In this document: piece by piece, positions 26,048 to 39,900 of the stretch
How the letters are laid out: every line of letters begins with the position of its first letter
Numbering within the stretch: position 1 is the first letter of the stretch
Origin: Monocercomonoides exilis PA203
Lineage: Eukaryota; Protista; Preaxostyla
Assembly (NCBI GenBank): GCA_001643675.2
Contig: LSRY02000023.1
Coordinates: 310,001 to 374,000 of the forward strand
DNA length: 64,000 nucleotides
Direction: 5' to 3'
Made by a program: the position numbers and the translations under genes
The notes under the pieces: model-generated
The model's database searches: none
What the model was told of the DNA's origin: nothing
Seen by the model: the letters and a program-made list of their open reading frames with translations, nothing else

Positions 26048-26448
26048 GTACAGATATCGCATAAAATACAGGACATCGCACAAAATACAGAGCATGATCG
26101 ATTTCACAACAACTGCAAGAGGAATAATTCTGAAATATTTTCTCAAAATATATCTCATAAATGCAAACTCATTTGACATGCAAATTTTCAAAACAGCTTT
26201 ATTTGTGTTCAGAAAAAATATATATCGAAATCTCGTTGAAACTCAAAATCCTATTTCTCCTTGATATCAATAATAATTTTTTCTGAGCACAAATGAAGCT
26301 GTTTTGAAAGTCACATTTATCAAATGAGATTGTATTGATGAGATATATTTTGGGGAAAATTGTCAGAATTATTCCTCTTGCGGTTGTTGTGAAATTGATC
26401 TTGTACGGTATTTTGTGCGATGTCCGGTATTTTATGCGATATCTGTAC
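26048..26448. mobile_element. Foldback/MITE-like palindromic element
   Basis: Two inverted arms of ~190 bp starting GTACAGATATCGCATAAAATAC, with 12 mismatches in the outer 100 bp and a ~12-bp spacer. No coding capacity. Confidence 0.7.
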
Positions 26449-27038
26449 ACCTATGCCCAACAAAGTGAATGAATTGAGAAGAAAATTGAAGAAACGGCTA
26501 ATTGTCATAAAGAATTTTCATTATGGAGGATGAAAGAGAGGATGAAAAAATCATTGTTCATAATGAGTTGTAACTTAAAAATAGGAATCTTTCTTCTTTC
26601 TCAAAAGAATCATGCAAATAACGTTAGCACGAATAAATAAAATGAATGTTTGGAAATTGTTTTGCTGCTCTCGATTTCACCATTCAAAAATCGTGTATTT
26701 TCATGATATGTGTTTGTAAATCTGTTTGCTAATGCATATTCGTAAATATCAATTAATATTCAAGCACTTATCAACATATTGTTTATCCAATCATCAAGCT
26801 ATATAAAATGTTCAATTCAATATTTCGCCAAACCTAAAACTCATTTTTTTGTTATTTAATTTATCGTTTTTTTAAAAAACAACAACAAAAATATCTCTTC
26901 AATAATTTCATAATTCATCTTTATTATTCAAAAATGAATTATTTTATTTAAATATTTTAATGTTTCGAAATATATCTGAAACAAAAAATGTTTAAAGCCC
27001 ATTATCAATATAGTTGATTATTAAACCGTTGAAATATT

Positions 27039-28080
27039 ATGATTTTTGATGATGATTTAATTCCTCGGCGTAGACCACCTCCTAGGACAAATAGAGAAAA
27101 TGTTCTTGGGTTGCTTCCACAGGAATCAAAGCCTGTTGAGCAAACAGAACGATATTATTCCATGCACTCTCCGAAAGTTGAAGCAAAAAAGCAAATGGCA
27201 GCTACAATGGGTATTATTTATGATTGGTTTATTTAGAAATGTTATTAAAAATATTTGTCAATTTATTTTTAAGGTAAACCTCACGTTACTGTTGATCCAC
27301 ATAAATTCCAGAGAAAGCAAGATCGTAGTCTTCCTCCAGGCATGTATTCGTTAAGAATTATATTTTTCATAAATGCATTGAAACTAATGTTATCCATTTT
27401 TCTGAAAAACAGTGAGAGAATTTCATTATCAAGATATGGTTCCACGAAAACCAGATGTTCCGCTTCGTTCTGAAGTTTGAATTTATACGCGAAGTTTATG
27501 ACCATTCAAAAATACATATTTCAAAATAATTTTAGGAGCCAATTCATGGATTGAGATCATATACTGATTTTGTAAGAACCAATGCACTTGCTGCAGTCTC
27601 GTCTTGTTTGAAAATATTTTTGATGTTATTGTTTTGTTGAATATTTCTATTTTATTATTTGCTTTTCCTTCTTCCATTTTCTTTTTGCTTCGTATGTTAG
27701 CTGCAAAGAAGCCTTCACACAATGAAATACACTATACATCAATCCCTGGATATGGAGAGAGACCTGCTTACTTAGATCGTGTTCAAGCTGAAATTGCTGA
27801 AGAACAACGGATAATTCATGATATCAAAACAGAACAAGCATACGAAGAATTTATTGCTGCCAAAGAACCGGAAGAGATGAGTGAAGAAGAGAGGCAAACA
27901 CTCTTGAAGGGGTTGAAAAAGAGATGGACTGAAATCAAAGATCAGATTGGACATATGTCACTTCACATTGATATTGGATCAATCAGGATGAGAAAGGAAG
28001 ATCTTGAAAGAGAATTAGCGGAAATTGAAAATGATATGGAAAAACTTAGCAAAAAGCGAGTATTTGTCGAAAGAGAATAA
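27039..28080 (+). CDS. ENKUR: Enkurin (flagellar microtubule inner protein), 5 exons
   Basis: Spliced: RYYSMH..TMGKP..LPP..RKPDVPLRSEEPIHGLRS..DFVRTNA..AKKP..YGERPAYL..MSEEERQTLLKGLKKRW..RKEDLERELAEIENDMEKL. Confidence 0.88.
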
Positions 28081-28280
28081 ATTTAAACGATATTTTGTAA
28101 TGTTTTTCTGAATATTCTTATTATGGATTTATATCAAGCCTTGAATTATCAATTTTAATAATTTTGAATTTTTTGTAATCTCCATCTCGATCAATTTTTT
28201 GTCTCCAGCTTTTCTTTAAATAATTGTTCAAAATGTGTTCTAATTAAAAAAGTTGGATTTATGAAATGAGAAATGACAAA

Positions 28281-28906
28281 TTAACTTGTAGGCGCTCCAA
28301 CAGTGCACTTGTCTATAAAAATAAGAAAAATTCAGTTTGAAATTTCTTTGTAAAAAATAAAAATCAACAAACTTGATGATCCTTTGGTTGCAAGAATAAG
28401 CCCAACGATGACACCATACAATGCAAGAGCTTCTCCGAAAATAAGAATCAAAAGCATCCCAACAAACAATTTTGGCTGTCTTGCATTTGCTCTAACTCCT
28501 GCATCACCAACAATACCGATGGTGATCCCAGCAGCAAGAGAACTGAATCCAACGCAAAGCCCTCCAGCAAGATGAGCAAATGAGTTGTAAAGAGGGTATT
28601 CGTTTGTAATACCCATTCCGATAATAATGGCCACAATCAAGCCGTAAATACCAAGAATACCTTTTAAAAAGAAAAGGCTGAAAACGAGAATTACAATTTA
28701 AAATAATGCATACCGGCCATAATTGTTGGAATTGTTGATTTAACAATGAGCTGAGGGTGCATAACGCCCATCACGCAAACACCAACACCAGCTTTAGCTG
28801 TACCATAGCACGAGCCGAAGTTTGCAAAAATTAATGAAGAAGCAGCTCCCATGAATCCAAAGAATGTGGTCCAAGATGGACAAATTTCAGAAACAACAAT
28901 ACTCAT
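28281..28906 (-). CDS. ATP6V0C: V-type ATPase V0 proteolipid subunit c, 3 exons
   Basis: FFGFMGAAS; YGTAKAGVG; [10 protein letters not shown]; [36 protein letters not shown] (proton-carrying Glu). Confidence 0.96.
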
Positions 28907-28966
28907 TCGAAATTATAAAAAATTAATAACTGAGGTTGCCCATTTCTAGTAAAAAATTTTTTTTGA

Positions 28967-29463
<497 letters not shown>

Positions 29464-30133
29464 TAAAAGGATTAAGAACAAATTTTTGCAATTCATTGTT
29501 TTTTTTATATATTTTAAGAACAAAATACAAATTATAATGACATTTATGTCTTTTTTCCAAAAAAAAAAAATTGATTCACTTCACCAATTATTATTCGTAA
29601 CAATTAAACTTATTGTTCAAAATCAATCATTTTCGAATTATTTATTATTGCATTATTTGAGATAGACTTTTTGTTTGAAGAGTGCAGCAAAGTGCTTATT
29701 ATGTAAAATTGCATGTTGATTTGTATTTCGGGAATAAAAGTTATATTAATTGAATAAGAAGATAAAAATCACAAAGAATTTTTATTGGAATGTTTATATT
29801 CACAACCATTTGAATAAAAAAAATCACAGAAAAAACTTTTGGTAAAAATAAAGTGAAAAACTAATTAACAAATTTGTTGTTTATTTTATATGTTAAAAGT
29901 TTTTGAAGAAAACAAATCGAAACCGAACCTGGAAACACTTTCTGATAACAACAACAAAATTGAAAGATCCTTTTCAGAACAATTATTTTTTCACAAAAGG
30001 TGAAAAATCCGAACTTTTTAGTATTTTTCAACGATAGCATCAAAAACTTTATTTCACTGAGCACATTATTTGTCGTTTTCCGATTTTATTTAAAAAAATT
30101 AAACCAGTTTTGTCCAAACATTTTGCATTCTAT

Positions 30134-30193
<60 letters not shown>

Positions 30194-31519
30194 CGTGTGT
30201 GAATTTTTTTCCTCAAATTTATATCATTTTGGTAAGTGGGCAGATAACGACCGGTAAAACTTTTCGATTTGTATGTTTTTATATATTTTGACTATTTCTA
30301 ATGAATGCAGTTATGATATTTCTAAAGTGGTTATCGAATTTCAGTGATTCAAAGATGAGAAAACCTATTTTTTAAATCCATCAGGATTTTTTATTTTGTA
30401 AACTTCCCCACCTTAAATAAAAAAAAACCCTAATGAGTTGATTCTCTAAAAAGTTTTCGTCGAATATAACCCTAATAAACACATTGACAATGGATAAATC
30501 TTTATTTCCAATCAAAACCTATAAGAAAGTTTCTCTCTTATTTATCTTAGGGGTTTGATCATTAATTTTTTTTAACAACTGCTTTTTAAATACAGAAAAT
30601 TTTCTGTTTTTTATCGAATATTTCTCCTATTTGCGAATTTTAACATCTGAAAATGTGTTTTTCAAGGTCAATAGTTCTTCTTTAAGACTGTTTTTATACG
30701 GTCGCTATGTTCCCTCTTACCATCATTTTCTCTTTTATCAAATTTCGCTTATATTCACATTTAGTGAAACAAACGTTATATAGCATAGCTAACATTGGAA
30801 TAATGGAAATAGTTTTTTTCTTTCTCTTCTTTTATTTGAAATACTCGTTGATCAAAATGAAAATTATTAAAAACTGTTTTGCCAATTATAACTGTGTTGA
30901 TAGGTTTTATCAATATTTTTTTTAACTTGCCGTTTTAATGATAGGAAATTATTTGTTTGATTTCCTTTCATTTTTTGCCTCAACAAATAAAATGGATGGT
31001 ATTGGAATTAGAAAATTTTATTGAAATAAAAATAATAATTCGAATAACCAAAGTTTATTCCAGATAACACCAGTTTATTCGAATTAAAAAAATTCATTCC
31101 TGAAAGACCAAGTTAATATCAATCAATCCCTCAACAAAATTTTAAATGATCCTTTTTATCAATTCGAAGACAGTGAAAAATCAGAACATTTTTTGATAAA
31201 TAGAAATTATCAACACATGAATGTTCAATTCCCAAAAATCTTATCTAAAAGTTATGGTCATAGATTAAAAAATGTTAATCTGTTGTCCTGAACGAAAGGA
31301 TTTGAGATCGAATGAATTTACATGAAACACTTCAAATCGAAAAGGCAATATTTTCGAAAATTTGAAAGTGTTACGTTAACATGCATAATTGGCTGAATAT
31401 TACTCAATGAAAGAAAAAGAGATAATAAAAGAATGAAAGGAAAATAAATCGACTAATTATTCAAAGAACATATTCCAAGAATTGCGAAAAAGTCGACATC
31501 CAAATCAATTTGCCAAAAA

Positions 31520-32350
31520 GAATTCTTCCTGGAAAATTTCAGGTTTTGAAAGCAATATTGGAACGGAAAAAGACAAAGGAAAGAGTGTTTGCATGTCCGA
31601 GAGCTTATTCACTGGACTATCGCTTGCAGGTTGAAATGCAGGAGAAATGCGCTGTTTAAATATTCCAATAGCATTCGTAATGAGGAGCATTCAGTTTATT
31701 TCGATCAGCGCATTATCAAATGGAGGAGGATTGTGTTTTAATCCGAACCAACAAACAGCTCCAGGCGATAAGCTTTATTTCTATTTCTTCTTCTTCCACG
31801 ATTGCAGTTGCAACTCTTCCACTCAATATGGCCACAATGTGTATTTTCAAGATTATTACAATCTCTTTTCCTCAAACAATCCATTCCATGAATCGTACTC
31901 AACAAACAGCGATAATAACAGGGTGTGCCGTTATCACTATTCGAGCGGTTGGACATATCAACGCACAGAAAAGAAGGATTGGCTGAGCGACGGGATGAAA
32001 GATAGGTATGTTGGGGTGGGTGGGAATGACACGAGCAATCTGTGTGGGATGAGTGAGGCAGCACCTTGCAAGACAGTGGGGCATGCGGTGGGGTCGAGCA
32101 TGGCACAGCTGAGCTCGACAATCACAGTGCTTGCCGGAAGGCATGTGGGCGAAGGTGCGACGATTGGTGTTGGTGATAAGAAGATTATAATTACAGGGAG
32201 AGGAAAGACAGTCAGTGTGATAGGGACGAATTCTCTTTCTTCGACTTCGACACGCTGTTTGATGTATCTTCTGGTCAACTGGAGGCGAGGCATGTGGGGA
32301 TCTATCACAACGCTAAAAGAAGTTCATCGCCAAATGTGTTTGTGGTGTGA
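31520..32350 (+). pseudogene. Decayed internal fragment of the giant surface-protein family
   Basis: Colinear with the 50308 gene (YGHNVYFQD/YGHDVYLED; EKKDWL/EKKSWL; LCGMSEAAPCKTVGHA/LCGMGNEQPCKTVGYA). In-frame TGAs at 31547 and 31632, a frameshift at ~32252, and homology ends at ~32350. Confidence 0.85.
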
Positions 32351-33660
32351 TTCTGGAATCAGCAGGAAACTACCAACAAACAAGCTCCACTTTACTGCTC
32401 TGATCCCAACGGTGTTATCACTCAATTGTGCAGCATCCACTCCTTATCTGTCATCAACTCGGCGTGACTCTGGTTGCATGGTCAGCTTGTTGGGAGTACA
32501 GAAAATTATTAACACTTATCTTTGGGTAATTTGAGGCACAACGACTGACTTTTCTCAGACACTGCGGATTCCTCTGTCTTCAAACAAACTTTCCTGTTCC
32601 TCTCCCTCTCCCTCTTCTTCTTCGTCTTCGTCTTCTTCTTCTTCTTCTTCTTTCCATCCTCCTTTTTTTTCTTTATTCTCATCATCATCATCTTTATTTA
32701 TGCCTTATGCAACTTCGTTGAACGTGGGTCTGAATTGCTTTCCTCTTCAACAGTGGAGCATTTCGCACTGCTTCAGCACTTCGAACGGCTTCCGCGCTCC
32801 GGCTGTGCTGAACGGAGAGAATGAAGTGAATATGTATCACACGAGAAATTGCAGTTGGAGGGAGAAGGAGCTCCCAGGCACATCGCGCTTATCCTCTCGC
32901 TTTGTGACACCGCCAAGAAGCGAAGAGATAGGAGTCCAAGTTTAAATGGAAGAGGCAAAGAAGGCGGATTTCAGAAGCAAATTGAGCGCAGAGCATAGGA
33001 AATGGAGACAGCAGGAAGACCAAAGGCGGAGACGAAGACGAAGGAGAAAGACAAGTTTTGCACGTTGCAAATTGACCCTTTCGACACAAGGTTTGCACAG
33101 GCAGCAACTGAAAGGAAGGGGAATGGGAAGAGAAGAAGGAGGTGATATTGAAGATGAATATCATCAGATATTTTACTCACTCGTCGGCACACTCTCATCT
33201 GCTCGGCTGTATACTCAAAACATCACAGCTTCCTCAACATTTGCTGCTCCTCCTTTCTCTCCCTTGTCACACACACAATTGTCTGCCCCTTCTGATCTTG
33301 TTGGAACTCCTCCAAAGCTATTCACTCCTTCATCTCCTGCCACATACACCTCTTCACTCACGCAGAAGTCCCTCAAAATGTCCAGCCCAAGCTCTTCTTC
33401 TTTATCGTACATGCCTTCATCTTCCTCTCCTTCATTTTCCACCGCAAAGCATTCATTCATTGGGTTCAATCGCTCTCAAGATATTTCAGTCAATAAAAGT
33501 GAGGAATCTGCAAAAGTCGGGGAAATAGCAGATAGCAGACGATGGTGGGAATTCATTTTCTTAGTGCAAATGGAATGACTCAAAAACAACTGGAACATCA
33601 TCATCTGCAATTGATTGAGTTTCGAGTGGAGAGGCGAACAACAAGCGCAATCAGGTATCA
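32350..33660 (+). pseudogene. Unidentified decayed coding-like fragments
   Basis: GC-elevated, coding-like sequence with short ORFs (32700-32945, 32946-33578) broken by stops. No recognisable family. Confidence 0.35.
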
Positions 33661-34421
33661 TGAATGATTTCATCGAAATATTTTTCCTTATGCAATTGGA
33701 TACTGTTTTTGGTTTCTTTTTTTCCTGTTTGATAATAAATGTGAAATATTGATGGAAAGATAACAAAAAAGAATTAACAAACGTTGTGAAATGATCAATT
33801 ATATTTTGTTACTTACAACAAGTCTATTTTGATTGCATTTATAATTTGTAAATTACAGAATATAATTTATCTTCATTCATTTCACAAAACAAAACAGATT
33901 TTTTTTGATCGCAATACATTTTGAACAAATCTCATCATTAAAATGACTTTTTAATATAAATAAACAACTGATATTAATATTAAAGTGTTGTTTAAGAAAG
34001 TGATTCTTGAGAGTTTTTTTAATACCACAATAAATTTTTTTCGAAAAAAGTTATTCCGAAAAGACAAAGTTTATTCCAATTAATTTTTTTTATTCCAATA
34101 AAAGTTATTTATTCCGAATAAACTTGGTTTATTCGAATAAGTTATTTTTATTCGAATGAAACCTTTCTATTCTCATTGTATCTAATAAACTCTTGTTGGT
34201 GATTCACAGAAATTAAAAAAAATATTATGAAATAAAAATTTATTAATTTTTTCAATTATAATAATCATATCTTTTCTTTTTTGAGACCATTCTGGATAAT
34301 TCAACACAACAAAACATTTTTTCTAGAATTTTCCAATAAAAATTATTATGTATTCGGGAAGATCAATTAACCATAATCATAAAAATTGAACAGTTTATCA
34401 AAAGAAGCTTGTTAAGAGAAT

Positions 34422-35725
34422 ATGGCAGGTATTGAATTTTGATTTTCTTTGCGATAACTAATTATTGGGCAACATCTTTTATATGTTATGCAGCTAATAA
34501 ATGTTCAAAATGGTTCTTAAGGATTGTTAACATTATTTTGATGATTCTATTCATCGGAATTATTGTTGCTGGTGCCATTGTGCTTGTTAATATGAAGGGA
34601 TTTTCATTCATTGCTATTGGAATTATTGCATTTGGGGTAATCGGATTTATTATTTCAATATGTGGTTTAATCGGTGCTTCTTATGATCCAAATGAAAAAG
34701 GGAAATATTCCTGCTGCCTTGTTGTTTTCTTTATAGCAGTGATCCTTTTGTGCATTATCTTTGTTATTCTTGGAATTGCATGCCTTTGCATAAAGCCAAC
34801 AATTAATTGGTTCCTTACACAGAATAAAGAAAATATAATAAAGTTCTTGAAGTCATTAACCGATGAAGATTACAAAAACTTGGACGAAATTGTTGAAAAA
34901 ATGATAAACTCTTTAACTGCAATTGGAATTGTGTGCATTGTAATGGGAGGAATTATTCTGTTTGTTTTGATTGTCACGTCGTGCCATATGGGTCGTCAAC
35001 TCTTTTCAAAGTTCTTTATTGGAGCTGGCTCGTTTGTAATGCTGATTGTTGGCGCATTGATTACAGCAATATCTGCATATGTTATGAGCGGAGGAAATAT
35101 TGGAATCGATTTTTCAGGCTATAAGTCTATGCTTATCGTTCTTTTAGTTTTTGGCATAGCACTTCTTTTATGGGGTGTAATTGGCTTGATTTCTGGTTGC
35201 TGTGGGCATTCTTCGCGTTGCATTTTGTTTATTTATGTGATTGGAGTGATAATTTTGGTTCTTGCTTTTCTTATTATTGGTATAATAGGAATAGCAATTC
35301 AAACATCAATCTTTGAAAACTTGGACAAAATGTGCGAAGAACCGTCAAATGCTAAAACTTGCCAGGAGATGCTGAAAGCGTTACAAGATAACTTATGTGA
35401 CATGGTCGAAGATGAAACAGAAAAGGCCAAATGCAAAGCAAATATTGATTATAAAACTTTGGCAAGATACACAAAGGACATGATTGGTGGATGGCTAAAT
35501 ATAATTGTTTCAGTGGCATTTATTGTATTTATCTTCTTATTCTTTGTGATGATATCTTCATGCATGGCTTGTAAACGGGTATGATTTTTCAGCAACTTTT
35601 TTCAATCTTTCATTAAAAATTTTTTGTATATTTAATTTCAAAAGAACAAACCAAAACCCGCTCCTGAAGAAAATGTGTCTGCGCCAATGCCCGAATACCA
35701 TGAAAGAACACAAGTTGCATTTTAA
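34422..35725 (+). CDS. Tandem tetraspanin-like protein (two 4-TM units, 8 TMs), 3 exons
   Basis: Introns 34429-34493 and ~35579-35644. Two repeats of TM1-TM2(GxxG-C)-TM3-loop-TM4 with juxtamembrane Cys residues. Confidence 0.7.
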
Positions 35726-36909
35726 TGAGTAATATCTCTATCTTAACATTTTTATTATACAAACTTTTTATTGGAAGTTATTTTGAGTATAACTTTTATT
35801 TATAATTTATGTTTTTTTTTTATCACATGTCAGTGATTTTGAGACTCTTCTTCTAGTCTCATATTTCTCTTCTTTTTCAAATTTTCTATTCTTATTTTAA
35901 TCTTTGCTTATAATTTTTATTTTATAATTTTTGTTGAAAAAAATGTGAGAAACTCACACATTATCATTGTTATTATACATTATATTGTTTTTCCTTTCAT
36001 TATATTTTTAACAATTATTGATATTTCAATTTTAAATGCTGTTTTTTTTCCTTTGATTTGAATTCACTGTTCCAATCTTCCTTTTTATATAATATTTTTA
36101 CATATCGACTGGAAGATTTCTGGATAACAGATTTTAATTTCTTTTTAACAACGCTAAAGAATGTATTGAAAAAATATATATAAATTTTATTTGTTTCATT
36201 TTGAAAAGATGCTATTTGAAGAGAAAGATTTTTGTTCAAACGAGCTGACAAGTTCTGTTTACATCAAAGTCACAACAATCCGAGGCATTTCTCCTTTCAC
36301 TTTTATCTTTTCCACACAATTTCAAAGAACACAAACTTCATAACAACTTTTTAGTAAAACCCAACAAAGTTAAACATATGATTCATTCTTTTGAGAATAA
36401 ATGCAAATACATTCTAATGTTCAGGTCGATAGTGACCGCAAAATAAACAAGCGAATAAATTTGTAAATGATCGTTCAAAAACGTAAAAGCGAATATGCAA
36501 AACGTATCCATTAACATGTATGGAAGGCAGTTATAAGTTAATTATTCCCATTTAAACAAAATAAACATAAAAATAAAACCTAACGTGGAAAAAAACTATG
36601 ACGATACATAAAACAATCACAATCAACTTAGAACAATGTCCTTGCATTTTAATGCGACTGTTAATGAAATAAAAATGAGATTTCCTCAATTCTGAAAAAT
36701 TGTATGAATAAAAAAATAGAAAAAAAATACAAACATAATCAATAAATATCACGTTTAACACATACGAACTCACTTTTATAAATAAACAAATAAAATAAGA
36801 AATAAATAAATGAAAAAAAGAAGAGAAGAGAAAAGAAATTGCAATATCACCTAATTCTGCTATAATAAATATCACATCAATTTGTAGAAGCATGCAAAAT
36901 AAATAACTT

Positions 36910-39900
36910 TTAACCAAAATATTGTCTTGTGTAGATGCTGGAATTAACAGCATTCACAGCAACGAAAGAAATGTGAGGGATAATGCGATCATAATCAATA
37001 CACAAAGCAGGAGGATAAGCAGTTGCTGTGCCAAGAGAACCAGATTGCACAGCTGCTGTTGAGTTGGCAGAAGCAGAATCAGAATCAGAATCAGATTCAG
37101 ATTCAGAAGAAGCAAAAGAAGAAGAGGCAGAAGCAGAAGAACTACATGTGGAGTCAATGAAATGGTGCTGGTGAGAATTTGTAAGCAAATTTGGTGTTGT
37201 TTGTGAAATATGAGTGGTGTTAGTTTCAACAAAAGAATCATTCACACACGAAGAATTTGATGAAACAAAGGAATTTGTAACGCTCTGATTTCGAAAAGGT
37301 GGTTGGGAAAGCAACAAAGAAGAAGTTTGATTGACAAGCGGGACATCTTCCACAGACGGCTCAAAGATAGTTGTGCGAATTTGGACTGAGAAAAAATCAT
37401 TGTTGATGCAAATATGACACGACAACGGCATCTCTGATAAGGATTCTTCGGAATTTGATACAACTGTCTGATGCCGAGGCGCAAAGTCAGATGTATTTGA
37501 GCGATTCAATGAAAAATTAGAAAAATAAGAAAAAGAAGCAGATGACGAAGAAATCTTACAGTGCCGAAAGAGGCAGTGGTCAATGACGCAGCGGCGACTC
37601 GGAAAGCAAGCAAGGCAATAGACAGAACTGACAACATTGAACAAGGGACAATCACAGGATTGCAATGAAGAAGAGGCCGAATGAAACATGGATGATGGTC
37701 CAACCTTTGTTTTTATTGACTTTCTTGTCAAAGCAAAGTCGGACATTTGCAAAGGAGAAGATGACAAAACAGATTTATATGCCCAGCCAGAATCACATCC
37801 CAAGATGACAAACAAGCCACCTCCAGAATGAAACAGAGTATTGTTCTCAGAATGATCTGATGCATCAGCACAACAATCATCACAAGGAAATCCCGCAGAA
37901 CATTCCACAAATGAGCATCTTCTCACAACAAGCTGCTGCGTCACTCCAACGAGACTGACTGCTCCTCCGCTTCTATCACAGCAGCTACAACGGTTGAATG
38001 AGCACGAATGAAGTCCAACAGAGACAAGAGGAACAGTTTCGCTGTGAACAAAGCATTGACCGCTGTTATTTGTATGGAATTGGTGATGAAATGATCTAGG
38101 TGCAATTTGTTGGTCACTTTGAGGTGTGCCATAAGGGATGATGTTAGTAAAGTTTCGCGAGAACACGTGAGAGTAGTCTTTCAAACATTCAGCATTCAAA
38201 ATGCTTCCGGAAGAGCAACAGCTAATCCCACTGAATGAAGATGAATACATATGAAAAGAAATAGAGAAAAAAGATTGTTCATGCACAACGCTGTCGTTTA
38301 TGTGAATGCGGAAGATGGGCTGTTTCGTTCTCAACAAAGATTCTTCATTATTGTCAACATTTTCAGCACAATGGCTAATATTTGTGTCACATCCATTTGG
38401 AGAGAAAGAAGCTTTTGATAAAAAGACTGAAGAAGAAGAAGAAGAAGAAGAAGACATTAAAAAATGAGTATCAGAAATTTCAAAACTGCACGAATCACGC
38501 GCACAGCATTCCACAAGCGAACAGTTCATTCTCCATGATGATAAGTCAGATATCAAAGGGGATATTTTGATTGAGCACGATTCCATTGACAAGCAACCAG
38601 ACGTCAGAACAAACAAAGAGTCGTGTTTGACAAGCGGAGGGATTTCCACCAAAAGCTTCTTAAATTGCACTTCAACAGAAGCAGCTTCTGAGCTCGACAA
38701 AGCAGATGAAGCTGAAAAATATGGCTTGAAAGATAAGATGATCCGCCCAATTGAAGAAAAAAAGATTTTCCCATTAGAATCATTCACACCATCTAAAGAA
38801 CCATCAAACACAATTTTCTCTCCTTTCCAATATTCCATCAAGCTTGCAATGTACACTTCTCTTTCAATTTTCATTCTGCTGGCAACAGAAACTTTGCATA
38901 TATTAATTCCAGCCCCAGTTTCATTCAGACGAGACATCGTCTTTTCGACTGTTCGGCACATCGATGCTTTGCCTCCACAGCACATTCTGTCATCTCCTTC
39001 GATGAAGTCCACACATATCACTCCACTCTGCATTTCATCTTCGGGAGAAGATGGGCAAAAGGCAAGAAGAGGAGTCTCTGGCACTGTGGCCTCCTTGATG
39101 ATATAAGGCATTGCTTCACACGCCACATTGCCATCTGGATTGACGTAATGAATTATCAGTGCCAGCTGCTCGTCTGGTTCTGAGGCATCGATCAAATAGC
39201 GCGGGATTGAAGCTGTCCGTATGCTGTCGTATTCATTGGCACTCGAGACAAATGTGCTTGGCTCAGCTTCCTCATCGAACGAGAAAAAGAAGGACGTTGA
39301 ATTGTTGTAGTACGTCGAATGAAGCTCGACTGTTGTATTGCACGAAACAAGCGAAAAACCAAACATTTCCATTTTGCAGAAGATATCGTTCATTTGCGTT
39401 GAGACGTTGCTGAATCTCGGAATAAATAGAAGGGAAGGAAATTGCTTCAGAGGCTTGCACAACTGGCACCCTCTGTTGAGGATCCAGAGGGATTGGTCAT
39501 TTTGCAACTCTGCTTTTGTGATGGCACCTCTTGCATCAAGCTGCATATTCTCAACGTCCAAGTAGCTTTCTCCTTCACAGATGATATTACGCTTGATGGC
39601 GGGATATTGAGAATGGAATGTGTTATTTGCAAACGCACAATTTCTGAGTGTAACATTGCTGTTGTTCATTGAAATAGCACCAATTTGGATGCTCGAAAAA
39701 ACAGAAGACTGAAACTCAACATTTGAGGAAGATACATGGACGAATGAACTGTTCCATAGGCACATCGAGTCCAAGGAAGAATATACAGTTGAAGAAGAGG
39801 AAGAGAAATTAGGATCATCACTAAATTTTGAGAGCGGCTCCGTCAAATCATATATCGAAGAATTCAGAAATGAAGCCAAATAAGAATTAGAGTTGGAATG

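Larger units (their letters stand above)
31004..34172. mobile_element. Putative non-autonomous TIR element (~3.2 kb) carrying host gene fragments
   Basis: 31004-31105 aligns in inverted orientation with ~34070-34172 over about 100 bp. Both ends are arrays of GAATAA/TTATTC palindromic units. The interior holds only broken gene pieces. No TSD identified. Confidence 0.45.

Noticed and set aside
26034-26508. Duplicated small proteins (YRYRIKYRTSHKI...)
   Set aside because: These are mirror translations of the palindrome arms with non-ATG starts and no protein-like features.
30425-30556. Telomere-like AACCCTAA / TTAGGG motifs or a telomerase RNA template
   Set aside because: Only three scattered 8-9-mers, not in tandem, which is expected by chance in this much AT-rich DNA.
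31020-31110. CRISPR-like repeat-spacer array (also 34050-34160)
   Set aside because: The units are short, degenerate and abutting with no unique spacers; the context is eukaryotic and no cas genes are present.
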